A stretch of DNA of 62,288 nt, counting the filler, from Pirum gemmata (Eukaryota), in NCBI GenBank assembly GCA_002812295.1. It is 18 parts of 18 records of this genome, joined end to end, with 100 filler letters (N's around TTAATTAATTAA, not from the genome) between each part and the next. Parts side by side here need not be neighbours in the genome. Positions count along the whole stretch, not along the records: positions 39,246 to 43,881 come from PDIN01003921.1; positions 43,982 to 46,967 come from PDIN01003922.1; positions 47,068 to 50,025 come from PDIN01003923.1; positions 50,126 to 53,078 come from PDIN01003924.1; 14 more parts are not named here. One strand, 5' to 3'. The position numbers and the translations under genes were made by a program. The notes under the pieces were generated by a model. That model saw nothing but the letters and a program-made list of their open reading frames with translations. It was not told where the DNA came from and searched no databases. Shown one piece after another: positions 39,450 through 52,575 of this stretch (the stretch's first letter is position 1; every line of letters starts with the position of its first letter).

Positions 39450-42400
39450 TAAACAGTTAGTAAACATGCTGTAGTAAACATCCTAGCTAGCCCACCACTG
39501 CTGGGTCTATTGATTTATCAGCCATAACCTATCTCTAACAGTTCTCTAACCCTAACCCTAGCCCAAACAGACACCTACATTTCATTATGATTTATAATAA
39601 ATAAATATAAATACATACCCTATCCCTAAGTACAACAGTTACTATATAATAGAACAGTACAAAACCCTGCAAAAAAACAATCAATAAGTATAATACAACT
39701 TTATTATAGAACAGTATAGAACCCTCCAAAAAAAACAAACAAACAAAAAAATGCTTGAAGATTGCACATTTCCGAAAATGCATCCATCAGTGAGTGCAGC
39801 CACCTGGGCCGAGTAAAGTCTAGCTACAGTAGAGCTCCCAATTTTGCTCTGTTCAAAAATCGAGATTTTCGAGTCTATATATTAATTAATAAGTTCGAAA
39901 AGTTCAAGCTTAAAATAAAGTATTCAAATATATTTATTTATTAATAAACCCGAAAAATACAAAAAACATTTTTTTTCGAACGTGGCTGAATTTTGGCTTT
40001 TTTTGACAGAAGAAATTCGAGTTTTCGGGTTTGAGCAGAATAGGGAGAGGCCTACCTGCTCCTCCAGTTACTGCTAGAGAGCGTTCAGATACTACGTAAC
40101 CAATTTTTGATCAAATACAGCTTCAAATACCTACCTACTTACCCCTCAACGTTAATTTCCGGTCAAATACCACCTACCTACCTACTCGTTGGCGAGAGAG
40201 AAAATTTGAACACTCCCTGGGTGTCTACCTACACCAGCTGGTCTACACTCTCTTAGGTTGATTGAGGCCTAAAAAGACTAAAAAGAGTCTGAGGCACTCT
40301 CCTCATTCCAACTCCTCGGCTTCCTGAGCCAACCATGAGCCCTAAATCCAAAAACTTTTTAAAAATGTTAATTCACATAAAAGGAATAAAACATAGCGTG
40401 TGCATTCCACACTTTTCGGTACCACCAATCAAAACATTTACTTGTTTTTTTTTTAAAAATTTTTTTTTTTTTTTAATTANNNNNNNNNNNNNNNNNNNNN
40501 NNNNNNNNAAAAAAAATTAATTAATTCATTAAAAGATAGTTTCTAGGTTTGGTCACTATATAGCTAATATTGGATTAATAAGTATGTATAGTCTTTATAT
40601 AGTGTATATTATCGATAATGTTTTTTTTTTTTTTCAGGATGTTGTATGATAACTTGTAAAGTTGCAAATTGTGTTGGGAAACTGTCGTCAGTATTGTGAC
40701 AGTTCTGTGACCATACTGGATAGTATAGCTAGTGTAATAATAATATTTGTTTGTGTTTTTTTCTTTGTTTATAATTAATAATAATACATATAATTATTAT
40801 GAATAGGGAAGTTAGTATTCTCATTATTATTATTATTATTATNNNNNNNNNNNNNNNNNNNNNNNNNNNNNNNNNNNNNNNNNNNNNNNNNNNNATAAAT
40901 AATAATAGTAATAATACCGGCAATATTATTTGAATAGGCAACGTTACAAACTAGCCGTATATATAACTTAATCAAAATTGATAAAGTAACAATTTGAATA
41001 GCAATTAATGTTTATATTTATTAAACAGCAATGACAGAGTACGGAAATTAATTATTAAACGTCAAAAAATCCAGATATAAACTGATCTCCCAGGTTGTAA
41101 CCTTGTCTTTCTAGCAATTCTTAGACGCAATGCACCATGTAATAAAAAAAGCTCTATAAAAAAGGCTGATAAAAAAAGATAAGATATTATAAAAAAAGAA
41201 CTAAAAAAATAAATTCTACTGAAAAATTAATTTTGTTACTCCGAATATTTATTTGGTTAGTTATAATATTTAAATTGACACTTTTAAATGAACAAATAGA
41301 TAATAAAATATACCAAATTAAATGAAATAGGTTTATATTGTATTAATTTGGTACTCTTCTTTGTATTTTTATGATGACAAAACAACGATAAAAAAAAAGC
41401 GAAAACAAGTTTATTTAGTGTCTAAAACTTAAATTCTTTTTATCTAGTTAAAAAAGAGAAAAAAGTAACGTGAGTTTATACTGACAGATAATTGCTTAAA
41501 AAGCAGTTTAGCTAGAATAATATTTAGATTGTTTCCAAGACACCTTCTCTGTGATTTCCTTATTAATGAAAAACATATTACTATTCGTCATTTTTTTCTC
41601 AATGTTAGATCTGTAAATTTTGGTTACCAAATATGATACGTTTTTTTGCTTTCAGTTGCTATTTCCTATTTCCTAAAAAAACATCTTCAGTGTTATGTTT
41701 TTTGTATATAGATAATAGACTGAGTCTACTAGTAGCTAGCTAGCAGTCACTGCCAATCAGATGATAGTTAGAGACTGTTAGAGTCTATTCATAGTAATTT
41801 CATACCCAAACGCAAACCCTAAAACCCAAGAGACAAATTTAATAGTGACAAATCCTAACACTAAACTTCCTAACCCTATTAAACCCTAACCCTAACGTTA
41901 AATAACCAAGAGTGACACCCCTCCAAAATGACTTTTAAAGTAGCTAAAGTTACTATACTAAGCCTAACCCTAACCTTAACTCTTATCATAGAAGAAAATA
42001 TATTATACTATGTTAATTCCCAACTTTTTGGGACGTAGTAATAAAAATATTTTATTTCGAATATATAAATTTGGTTTATTCGTTAAATTCGAGCCGCCAG
42101 AAAAAATTTAGCCACTTTTCAAAAGTTGGTAAATGTTAGGCGTACTTCACCATTTGATATTTTCGTTTCCCCAGCCCCCCGAAATCCTACCCATGAATAT
42201 TTATTTATTTTTTTATAGTGCTTTTCATTTATTTTGTCACTCCGAATATTTATTTAGTTGTTTATAATATTTAAATTGATACTTTTAAATAAATAAATAT
42301 ATAATAAAATATACCCAATTAAATGAAATAGATTTATATTATATTAATTTGGAAATTTTATGATATGACAAAACAACTGAAAAGCACGATAACATAATTG

Positions 42401-43999
42401 TAAAAAAGTAACATATCTAGACTATAGAGTCCAATAGAGTAATAGTGAGGATAACATATTATTAATAAACTGTAACATATCTAGTAGGTTAATATCAGAT
42501 ATATCATACATATCGATATCTCGTGGGGGGGGGGGGTTAAAAAATTCTTCTACCATTTTTTCATTAAAAAACAAAGGAATTCTAGCTCATTGCAAATGTC
42601 AACAGAATGATAAGAGCCAACGATTATGATATTTATCAAGGGTTTCTTGAAGTCCTTCTATTTATTCAGTTGGTTGCTTTATTAAAATTCTTATAAATAA
42701 TTAAAAAATAAATTATTATTATGTTATTATACTAAGTCTTGGTGAGGGCAAAGTGATACAAATAAGCATTTTAAATTAAATAAGCAGCTCTTTTAACGCA
42801 CCAATAAAGGTTTGGATGAGCTAAGGTTATCACTTTACTACCCTATATATTATAATATAGTAATCAATATTATTTCATATAAATAGTGTGCTTTTCATTT
42901 ATTTTGTCACTTTGAGCAGTTATCCATATTTATTTGGTGGTTTATAGGCTTTACATTGACATTTTTAAACTAATAAATAGATGATAAAACATACCAAGGC
43001 ACTAACCGGTAGACCGGGGGGGGGGGTTATCCACTTGCAAATTTCACGAGTTGCACATGGATAAAATTTATCCCAATAAACGTAATTTTATGTATATATA
43101 CACTTATACACAAAAGAAAACAGCATAGGCTCGAAGTTACAGATTACATTCTATGGTATATAAGTCTATAACAAACAAAAGAAAACCGCATAGGCTCGAA
43201 GTTACAGATTACATTCTATGGTATATAATTATATATAATATTATATAATATTAACTTAATATTATTTAAGTATATAATTATATATTATAATATATAAACA
43301 CCTTTGCAGCTTAATATTTAGTGCGGACTGAATATGGACTTATTTTTTCTATTGTCTTGTTTATAATATAAATATGGTGTACCTGAACATGCTAATATTC
43401 AGTAAATGACGTCAGTACTCAGTTCAATTCTTAAATCCAAATTAGGGAACATTCAGCCTTTTGTAAATTTTGGGTACCATATTTGATAATTTGGTTACTT
43501 TTATAATCAATTTTTAACCTTTTGAGGGAGTCTGAGGCTTACCTGAAAATACCATAATAGGGTACCATTCAAGGTAAAAAACCAGACCTTCAGAGGATTA
43601 TTTTTCTGTTGAAGAAAAAAAAAAACAAATAAAGCCCTATGATTAGCCTAAACCCTTCGTGGGCACCGTCACCTTCAGTATGGATTAGGACTGATTAGGG
43701 TTAGTGGGACTAGTTAGCATTAGAGTGGGGGTACAGGATGCATGATACATAATATTAAATTATGCTCAATTTGAAGAATGCATGATACATATATTATGCT
43801 CAATTTAGGCTGAGGTTAGGTTTAAGTTTGGGGTTGGGGTTGGGGTTGAGGTTGGGAACTGGTTGGGGTTGGGGTTGGGGANNNNNNNNNNNNNNNNNNN
43901 NNNNNNNNNNNNNNNNNNNNNNNNNTTAATTAATTAANNNNNNNNNNNNNNNNNNNNNNNNNNNNNNNNNNNNNNNNNNNNTAATAATAATAATATCGA

Positions 44000-44843
44000 G
44001 CATTCTAGGTTGTGTGAGTGTTTACGAATTCGTTTTTTTTTTTTAATGTAGATAAAGATAAACATTAAGAGTATGCTATAGAATTGTGTTAATATTCAAT
44101 ATGGAAGTGAAGTTACAAATGATATTGAACATACTAGATTATATGGGTGTTTATGCGTTGGTTTTTTTTTTTAATGTAGATAAAGATAAACATTAAGAGT
44201 ATGTTTAAGAGTTGGGTTAATATTAAATATGGAAGTGAAGTTACTAATGATGTTGAATATACTAGATTGTACGAGTATTTAGGAATTGTTTTTTTTTTTT
44301 AATATAAACATTAAGAGTATGTTTAGAGTTGGGTTAATATTAAATATGGAAGTGAAGTTACTAATGACATTGAATATACTAGATTGTATGAGTGTTTATG
44401 AATTGTTTTTTTTTTTTTAATGTAGATAAAGATAAACATTAAGAGTATGTTTACGAGTTGTGTTAATATTAAATATGGAAGTGAAGTTACCAATGATATT
44501 GAATATACTAGATTATATGAGTGTTTATAAATTGGTTGTTTTTTAAGAGTATGTTTAGAGTTGGGTTAATATTATATATGGAAGTGAAGTTACTAATGAT
44601 ATTGAACATACTAGATTATATGAGTGTTTATGAATTGGTTTTTTTTTTTTTTAATGTAGATAAAGATAAACATTAAGAGTATGTTTAGAGTTAGATTAAT
44701 ATTCAATGTGAATAGAGTTAGATTAATATTCAATGTGGGAGTGAAGTTACTCATTATATTAAACATACTGGATTGTGTGAGTGGTTATGAATTGAGTTTT
44801 TTTTTTTAATGTAGATAAGGATAAACATCAAGAGTATGTTTAG
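44000..44843. repeat. Minisatellite, about 110-125-bp unit, about 7 copies
   Basis: Repeating TAATGTAGATAAAGATAAACATTAAGAGTATG..ATATGGAAGTGAAGTTACTAATGATATTGAA.ATACTAGATT. Confidence 0.93.
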
Positions 44844-45059
44844 AAAAAATAAAAGGATAACAACAAGTTACTTTGAAACTAGATATAACTAGGAGGAGAG
44901 CAAATGATAAGACAAGGGAGATGCGGGAAAACCCATCGAATCGAGACTAGTTCGAAACTTTCGAAATTCTTCGATCTAATTTCAAGTACTGGCTAACTTT
45001 TGATTTCATTAAAAAATTCTTAAAAATTCTCAGAAATTTCATAGAAAAAACTTGAAACT

Positions 45060-45104
<45 letters not shown>

Positions 45105-46572
45105 GAAAATAATACACTTTATACAAAAAGAAAAAGAAAAAGATTTGATAGTCTATGTCTATTTATTGTGATACAAGTTCCATACAAGTATTAAAAATGA
45201 CATTATTATAATATTAGTTTTATTATTTATTATTTATTATTATTATTATGATAAATCTTATTATTGCATTTAAATTATTTAATTAAATACACTCAGAAAA
45301 ATTATGGAAATATTATTAGACTATAATACTAATTAACTATACAATATTATATCGTTACTCTAGTATTCTATAAAACCATGAGACCAATAGTTTTTTCTTT
45401 TTCTTTTTTCTAGAGAAGCTCAAAAAGGAGGAGTGATAAGTTACAGTTATATTTGTTGATTTGGTTTTAAAAAATAATAGGGTTAGGGTTAGGGTTACCT
45501 AACCCTTGGTTACCTAACCCTAACCCCTAGCCCCTAACCCCTAACCCTAACCCCTAACCCTAACCCTAACCCTAACCCGTAACCCTAACCCTAACCCCTA
45601 AACCTAACCCTAACCCCTAACCCTAACAGTCCCTAACCCTAACTCTAACCCTAATCCCTAACCCTAACCCTAACCCTAGCCCCTAACCCTAACCCTAACC
45701 CTAAACCTAAGGTAAATTGATGATTTGATTGCCAGTAACCTTTGAATAATACTTTGGTAAGGTCCAACAAACAACCCAATTAATGTCATGATCAATATTG
45801 CTCCAAAGAATTCCCACCAAAAGTCAAACTAAATTTTTTTGAACACAGACAAACTTGCAAAACTAGAATAGAATATTAATAGTCTGAATATATTATCCCA
45901 CATCAAAAAAATATTAAAAGCATAAATCCCAATACAGACGACAAGTGCAACAATATCTATAACAAACGACTATAACGATATAATGTTAGGAACAAAAGTT
46001 AAAAAACAATATTTCTACAACAAAAGAACAATATTAATATTAATACCATTACTAATCATAAACTATAATATTATGTTAATAATATTATTATGAAAAGTAC
46101 AATAAGTCAAAATCAAACGACAATCAAATTATTAACCTATACCAAAGTAATATATGAATCAAATCAACAAAAAATTTATCATATAAACAAGACAATACCA
46201 AATTGAAGATTGAGAGGTGTAGTGAAATGGGTGATATCATCACTGATATGATAGACAATAAACCATATTACCGTATTGCTGCGGCTCACACATCCCTTCT
46301 CTGTTCTTGGTAGACTATGATACAACTAGAATATCACGAGGGAATTAGTACTGGATTAGTTTATCATATTATGACAGTTATTAGCTAACTAAAGGTCTAC
46401 CTACATTTTACTTCATTTTTATTATTTTTATTATTTTTATATATCATATTATATAAAAAATAATATCGATAAATAACAGATTTATAAGAAACGTAGTCCA
46501 GTCTAAACTAATAATATCGTTATAAAAAAACCCATGAGGAAAAAAAAAAAAAAAAAAAAAAAAGAAAAGAAA

Positions 46573-46607
<35 letters not shown>

Positions 46608-46637
46608 GTAAAAAAAGACTACAAAAAGCAGCTATGT

Positions 46638-46811
46638 ATGGTGAAAACAATTTAAAAACGCCCAACTTTTGGATTTCAGTAGAATTTTTTAAAAGTAATC
46701 GATCATAATTAAAATAATAGGTATCTAATAGGTTTTAAATTTTCGAATATATATATATATATATTTGAATTAATAAACAAAAGTAGGGCGTTTTTAAGCT
46801 ATTTACACCAT
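46638..46811. mobile_element. MITE family I with about 33-bp TIRs, possibly Tc1/mariner-derived
   Basis: ATGGTGAAAACAATTTAAAAACGCCCAACTTTT ... AAAAGTAGGGCGTTTTTAAGCTATTTACACCAT. Second copy at about 49803-49977 and a partial copy at about 15601-15695. Confidence 0.75.
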
Positions 46812-47067
46812 GGATAGCTCGGTAATTTTTTTAAAACCGTAAAAGAGCCAGTTTTGCCAGTTTTGTCTCCGTTTTGTCTCAAAAAGAGTAAAAACAAAAG
46901 TGTGTAGCCCACCATTAAGATTAGAGCTATTTTCCCAATCACGAGAATCTCATTTTTTTTTCTTTTTNNNNNNNNNNNNNNNNNNNNNNNNNNNNNNNNN
47001 NNNNNNNNNNNTTAATTAATTAANNNNNNNNNNNNNNNNNNNNNNNNNNNNNNNNNNNNNNNNNNNN

Positions 47068-47104
<37 letters not shown>

Positions 47105-47302
47105 TTTTTACCATTTTTATTTTTGAGGGAAATTTAAACACAGCTATCAGTAGGTCTAGCTAGGCTTAGTAGACCCCCCCCCAGCAAGCTATCAACACTA
47201 AAACACCCAACTCTAGCTAAATTGCTATCGATACTACTATAGTACAAGTAGCCTAGTCTTGTGGAAGTTGCGGACTACTACCATTTAGTAGTTGTGGACT
47301 TA

Positions 47303-47631
47303 GGGAGCGTTCAATAAGTACGTAACACGAATTTGGGGCCAAAACCTACCTACTACCCCCAATGTAACACCTGGTCACCTATGAGAAGGACTACCACCCC
47401 TTATGGCGTAGCGATATGGAAAAAATAGTACCCTAAATTATTAATAACACTCAAAAAAGCTCAAACTAAGTAAAAGAACAGTTTTCAATCATAATAATTC
47501 ATATACGTAAGTTTATNGTTACGTCATATTACGAATATCTACCTACCTACTATAATTAAATGCGTCACGATGAGTCACAAAAATCCCCTCCCCCTCTACC
47601 ACCCTGCGTTACGTAATTATTGAACGCTCCC
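47303..47631. mobile_element. PIF/Harbinger-like (Tourist-type) MITE, family B long form
   Basis: TIR GGGAGCGTTCAATAAGTACGTAAC / GTTACGTAATTATTGAACGCTCCC with a perfect 3-bp TTA duplication (47300-47302 and 47632-47634). Confidence 0.88.
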
Positions 47632-48922
47632 TTAGCAAGTCTTAGAACCACTCCTTAGGACTCTTGTCAGTCTTGTGGTGTGGAGGGTGTGTTACTGAGT
47701 GTACTGTGTCTACTGTGTAGTAGTTGTGTACAGTAAGTAATCTTCTTAAAAATAGACAGTTAGACTATTGGGGTAGAGGTAGCTGAAGAACCAGGGCTGC
47801 AAGCTCTTCCAGTAACGAAATCTTCACATGGTGCTCTCTTACTCATACGACCTTGGGGTTTGCTGGTTTTTTTTTTTTTTTTTGTACATTTTTTTTGGTG
47901 GACCTACTAGACTAGAGAGCTAGCTAGCTACCTAGAGGTCACCTAGCTCTAACTGATTATTTTTAATAAAAGGGATTCTCAAATATGATTAGACTAGCTC
48001 CAGGTAACCCCTTGTGGAAATTTTGGGCTCTGTTCTTACTAATTTGGTATAATTTAAGTTTTAATTGAGTAATTTGGCATGTTTTTAAGTATAAAAAGAG
48101 CCAATTTCTAATATTAACATATGATACCAAAACAAAATAAAAAATCTTAGATCAGGGAGAAAACGAGAAAACGACTTAGACTAGCAGAGGGGTCTAGTAT
48201 GATCATAGCGACTTTTTATGAGAAATAGACCCCCACGTCTACCGTTCGTTGTGTCGTTGTGTTGTCCAGTTCAAAAACTGAAATAACCAAATTATTATTA
48301 TGGTTGAAATATCAGAAATGTTTTAATTAATTTGGTATTAAATATACTTAATGTTGTATTTTATAAACAAGTTCAATTATACACTTAAACAGTACCAAAT
48401 TAAAGATTGAGAGGACAACTGTATTTTAAAAATGAAATAGCTGAGAATGAAATAGACTAGACTATCATAATATGATAGTATGACATAGCTAGATATATAG
48501 AGAGGCTAGCTAGTTGATCGTTAGCTAGCTCTATCTAGACTTGCTAGCTATAGCTAGCTATGGGATAGGATTGGGGACTAGCTAGGGATTGGGGACAATG
48601 GGGGTCTAAGACCGTCTACTGCTACCTTGAAAGTAGTGTTTTTTTCCAGTTATGATATCAGATAGGTGTTTTTTTATAATTATATTATCATATCGTGCTT
48701 TTCATTTATTTTGTCACCCCGAATATTTATTGGAAGGTTATAATATTTAAATTGATATTTTTAAATCAATATATAGATAATAAAATACACCTAATTAAAT
48801 TAAATGGATTTATATCATATTAATTTGGTACTATTTATTGTATGTTTTATAATGACAAAACAACTGAAAAGATACCAGTATAGTCCACTAACTAGTCTAC
48901 TATCCCATAGTCTAGACTCTAT

Positions 48923-49068
48923 GGGAGCGTTCAAATAGTACGTAACGCCAATTTTCTGGTCAAGTACAGCTTCAAATACCCCTACCTACCTACCCCTTGA
49001 CGTTAATTTCTGGTCAAATACCACCTACTTACCTACCCCTGGACGTGACGTATTATTTGAACGCTCCC
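48923..49068. mobile_element. PIF/Harbinger-like MITE, family B short form (146 bp)
   Basis: TIR GGGAGCGTTCAAATAGTACGTAAC / GTGACGTATTATTTGAACGCTCCC with CCTACCTACC internal motifs. Other copies at about 5532-5662, 5815-5903, 21725-21839, 22159-22289 and 40077-40218. Confidence 0.85.
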
Positions 49069-50755
49069 TACACTCTCCCTACCCCTCGCTCCCTACCCAC
49101 ATTCTCAAGCATTCTTAGACTAATAATAACCAATAGTATTTGTCTATTTTTAAAATATCAAGAGTATAACAAGTCTAACCCAGAAGCTAGCTACTAGGCT
49201 ATTGGCTACACTATGGTAATAAATATATGATATATATATGCATAGTCTATATATAGTCTAGATGTTTTAATCTATTTCTCTTTTTGAAGATTTTCACTAG
49301 AGAAGATTTTCAAGAGCCTTTTCCCTCTACTTATCGTAGCTTTTCCTTACTAGACGGGTCTATGTATCATATGACTTAGTCTAGCTAGCTAGTAGCTAGT
49401 AGTAGACACTATTGTGCTTTTCATTTATTTTGTCATTTATTTGGTTGGTTATAATATTTAATTTGACTTTTTTAAATGAATAAATAGATAATAAATAATA
49501 CCAAATTAAATGAAATTGGATTTATATTGTATTAACTTGGTAGTCTTTTAAAACAACTGAAAAGCTTGATAGACCTCTACTAGTAGTGATAGACCTAGTC
49601 TAGCTAGCTAGTAGACTCTAGTGGCTGGGGGGTAGGGCTGGGGGTCTGGGCTGGGTCTACCTAGTCTAGTAGCTAGAGCTAGTTAAAAGGGGGTCTACAG
49701 CTAACTCTAGCTAGTCTAGTAGCTAGAGCTAGTTAAAAGGGGGTCTACAGCTAACTCTAGCTAGCTAGCTAGTAGTAGCAGCTACTCAGCTCATGCAGCC
49801 CCCCGTGCAAACAATCTAAAAACGTCCTACTTTTTTTAATAATTTTAAAAGTCCAGCCCCTTTTTTTTATGTTCAAAAATTTCAAATCTATTAAATACCT
49901 ATTTCATGACTTATGTTCGAAAACTGAAAATTCTAGCGAATCCCAAAAGTCGGACGTTTTTAAATTATTTGCACCATAGTAGAGCCCAGTTTTCAAAAAC
50001 TGGATTCTGATTATTCAAAAAAAAANNNNNNNNNNNNNNNNNNNNNNNNNNNNNNNNNNNNNNNNNNNNTTAATTAATTAANNNNNNNNNNNNNNNNNNN
50101 NNNNNNNNNNNNNNNNNNNNNNNNNTGTGTGGTGTCTTTATTTATTTGTTTGTTTGTTTGTTCTTTGCTTTGTTTGCTTTGTTTATTTGTTTTGTTTGCT
50201 TTCCTTTCCTTTTTTTGCTTTTTTTGCTTTGTTTGCTTTGCTTTGTTTGTTTGTTTGTTTAAAAATTTTTAATTGTTTGTTGTTGTTTTTCATAGTAAAA
50301 ATAAAATTTGAGAAACTTTTTTTGGGGTTATTTTTAAATATTAATATAATGATATATAAATATAGAAACATATAAAAGTGTATACCCACATATTCAAAAT
50401 TTTATTTTTATCATAATATTATTAATAATAATTATCTATCGGATATCAATCTTATTCTGCACCTGAGTATTAACATTTTCATCCGAGTCGTTACTCACTT
50501 TTCATAATTTTAATGTACGGAATATATGTAAATACTCGTTAGTGTTTCTTGTAGAAGGGGCTGATTGTTATTTTTGAGATGTTATTAACATTAAAAGAAC
50601 GAACATTGGAAAGTTAAACATCAATTTTGAAATAGAATAAAAGTTTTAGTTAATTAATTAAAAGTAAAATAATAAATAAAATAAATAAAAAATATAAAAT
50701 ATTCCAAAATGAATGGAAAAGAAAAAAAAAGATTTTTTGTTTAAAAATAAATAAT

Positions 50756-51993
50756 ATGAAAGTTATTAAAAATAAAAAATTTTATGAATATGAAGTTATG
50801 AATAATACAAATTTCATTAATTATGTTTTTAATCGGGAAGTCAAATTTGAAAATTGCATACTTGATAATTGCAGTATATATTAGTTTGAACATGATATAA
50901 AAAAAAGTTTACTTTATAATTGTAAAATTGTTAATTAAAGGGGGTTCTTTCACAAATTGCTTTATAATAAATTGTAAGTGGCATGGAGATTTTGAAACTA
51001 GAATATTGAGGTGTGCCATGCAAGATTGTGAATTAATATTAGTGCATCGTGATTCATTAAAAAATAACCATATAAATTCATGTACTATCATAGAAAAACA
51101 ATTTAGTAATTATTTTGTTAAAAATATTGTGAATAATACTGCACTAATTTTAAGAACCCCCAAAAGATTGGCTAATTTGTTAAGAAATAATTATGTAAAT
51201 GAAAATAATATCGATATTAAATTGGACGATGTTCACTACCAATCAATGTCAGATATTCTTTCGGACTATCCACAGATTCTAACTGCTAGAAATATAAATA
51301 AAGCGATAAGTAATGAAGTTGAAGTTGCTACTACTACTAATAATGCAAAAAAGAGAAAATATGGTCGTCATGGTCCGATAGTGGGGGAAAAAACCCTTGA
51401 AAAAACATTGACTGTCGATGAAGAGAGGTTATTAACTGAAAATTTTGATTGTTTTGATTTTATTATGTAAGAAGAATATAAACTTCCTGAAGTATTAACG
51501 TTTTTAAATAATATTATAGTATTTATTAATTCACAAAACAAAATATTATGTTTTGATAAAAGTTATTTAATAAACCAATTGACATCTCAAACAGCTGAAT
51601 TTCAAAACTGTCAAGGATTTCATTATTCTCGAGTTCCACAAGCAACTGACGAAACAACTTTTATTAAAATTATAACAGTTACTACCCCTGGAGGTGGAAC
51701 GGGATTGATATCTAAACTTCAAGCTTTAAAAGTAATTACTATTAAATATGGTATATGAAAAAACGAAACAAATTTTTTATCTGAAACCCATTAAATTAAT
51801 TAAAATAACCAATACAAGACGTAGAGGTGGGTCATCTGAAAGTCATTGTGAAGAACAAGATAAGTTAATGGTTTACGATCTTGAATTATGTAAAGGTGAA
51901 AAATGTTTAGGCAAGCACACTATAAAACGTAAAGTTAAATATTGTAAAGATTTGAATAAAAATTATAACGAACGTGAGGATAAATGCGAATAA
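50756..51993 (+). pseudogene. Intronless hypothetical gene, disrupted, virus-like
   Basis: ATG at 50756 (F.NC.I.NC repeats, TAG near 50882), frameshift near 50930 into the 180-aa ORF, coding-like read-through beyond TAA 51468 (EEYKLPEVLTFLNNIIVFINSQNKILCFDKSYLINQL..FQNC), then a frameshift into the 51748 ORF (ESHCEEQDKLMVYDLELC). Confidence 0.7.
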
Positions 51994-52005
51994 AATGGAT
52001 TTTAA

Positions 52006-52575
52006 CTATAATTGTTGAACTAGTTTATATACGAAACTTTTCTTCATTGATAAACCACGATGTTCCAGTATTCTATGTGGAATATTTTTACCATGAATAA
52101 TCATTTCAGGAAGTTCTAATAAATTATTGGGAGTTATTACTCGATGCACCATTAGCATTTCTGAAAAATATTCTCGTTGATAATAAAGCATTCTTGTAAA
52201 ATCATAGATATAGTTTCGACTGTATCCAATAGAAATAGGCATGTTATTTTCATTAAAATAACCCTGGTAATCAAAAATTCTTTGCTTGGAATAAATTATC
52301 GCAAAAAATGACCCTAGGTACCCGTATTTATGAAAGAGTCCTGAACTTATTGTTGTAACTGGATTTTCTAGTTTAAAAATCATGGAATTACCTAATCCAT
52401 ACATTTCGCTATGAAGCCTTCTTTGTTCATGGGTATTTCCACCTATCATAAAATCCACAATATCATCATACTCGTATTGCAAGAAATATGTATATCTTAT
52501 CATATTTTTCAAAGGTTCATTATATCTTTTAAAGTCACAGTAATATGTATAATAAGATAATAAGACACTACAACA
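52006..52575 (-). CDS. Intronless hypothetical protein, convergent with the preceding pseudogene
   Basis: At least 168 aa of non-repetitive ORF; the frame stays open upstream of the track start to about 52580; its stop lies 12 bp from the stop at 51993. Confidence 0.6.
   Translation of the reverse strand, partial: CCSVLLSYYTYYCDFKRYNEPLKNMIRYTYFLQYEYDDIVDFMIGGNTHEQRRLHSEMYGLGNSMIFKLENPVTTISSGLFHKYGYLGSFFAIIYSKQRIFDYQGYFNENNMPISIGYSRNYIYDFTRMLYYQREYFSEMLMVHRVITPNNLLELPEMIIHGKNIPHRILEHRGLSMKKSFVYKLVQQL

Noticed and set aside
50620..50628. Mimivirus-type early promoter AAAATTGA on the minus strand
   Set aside because: Overlaps the ATG instead of lying upstream, and the octamer is expected by chance in DNA this AT-rich.
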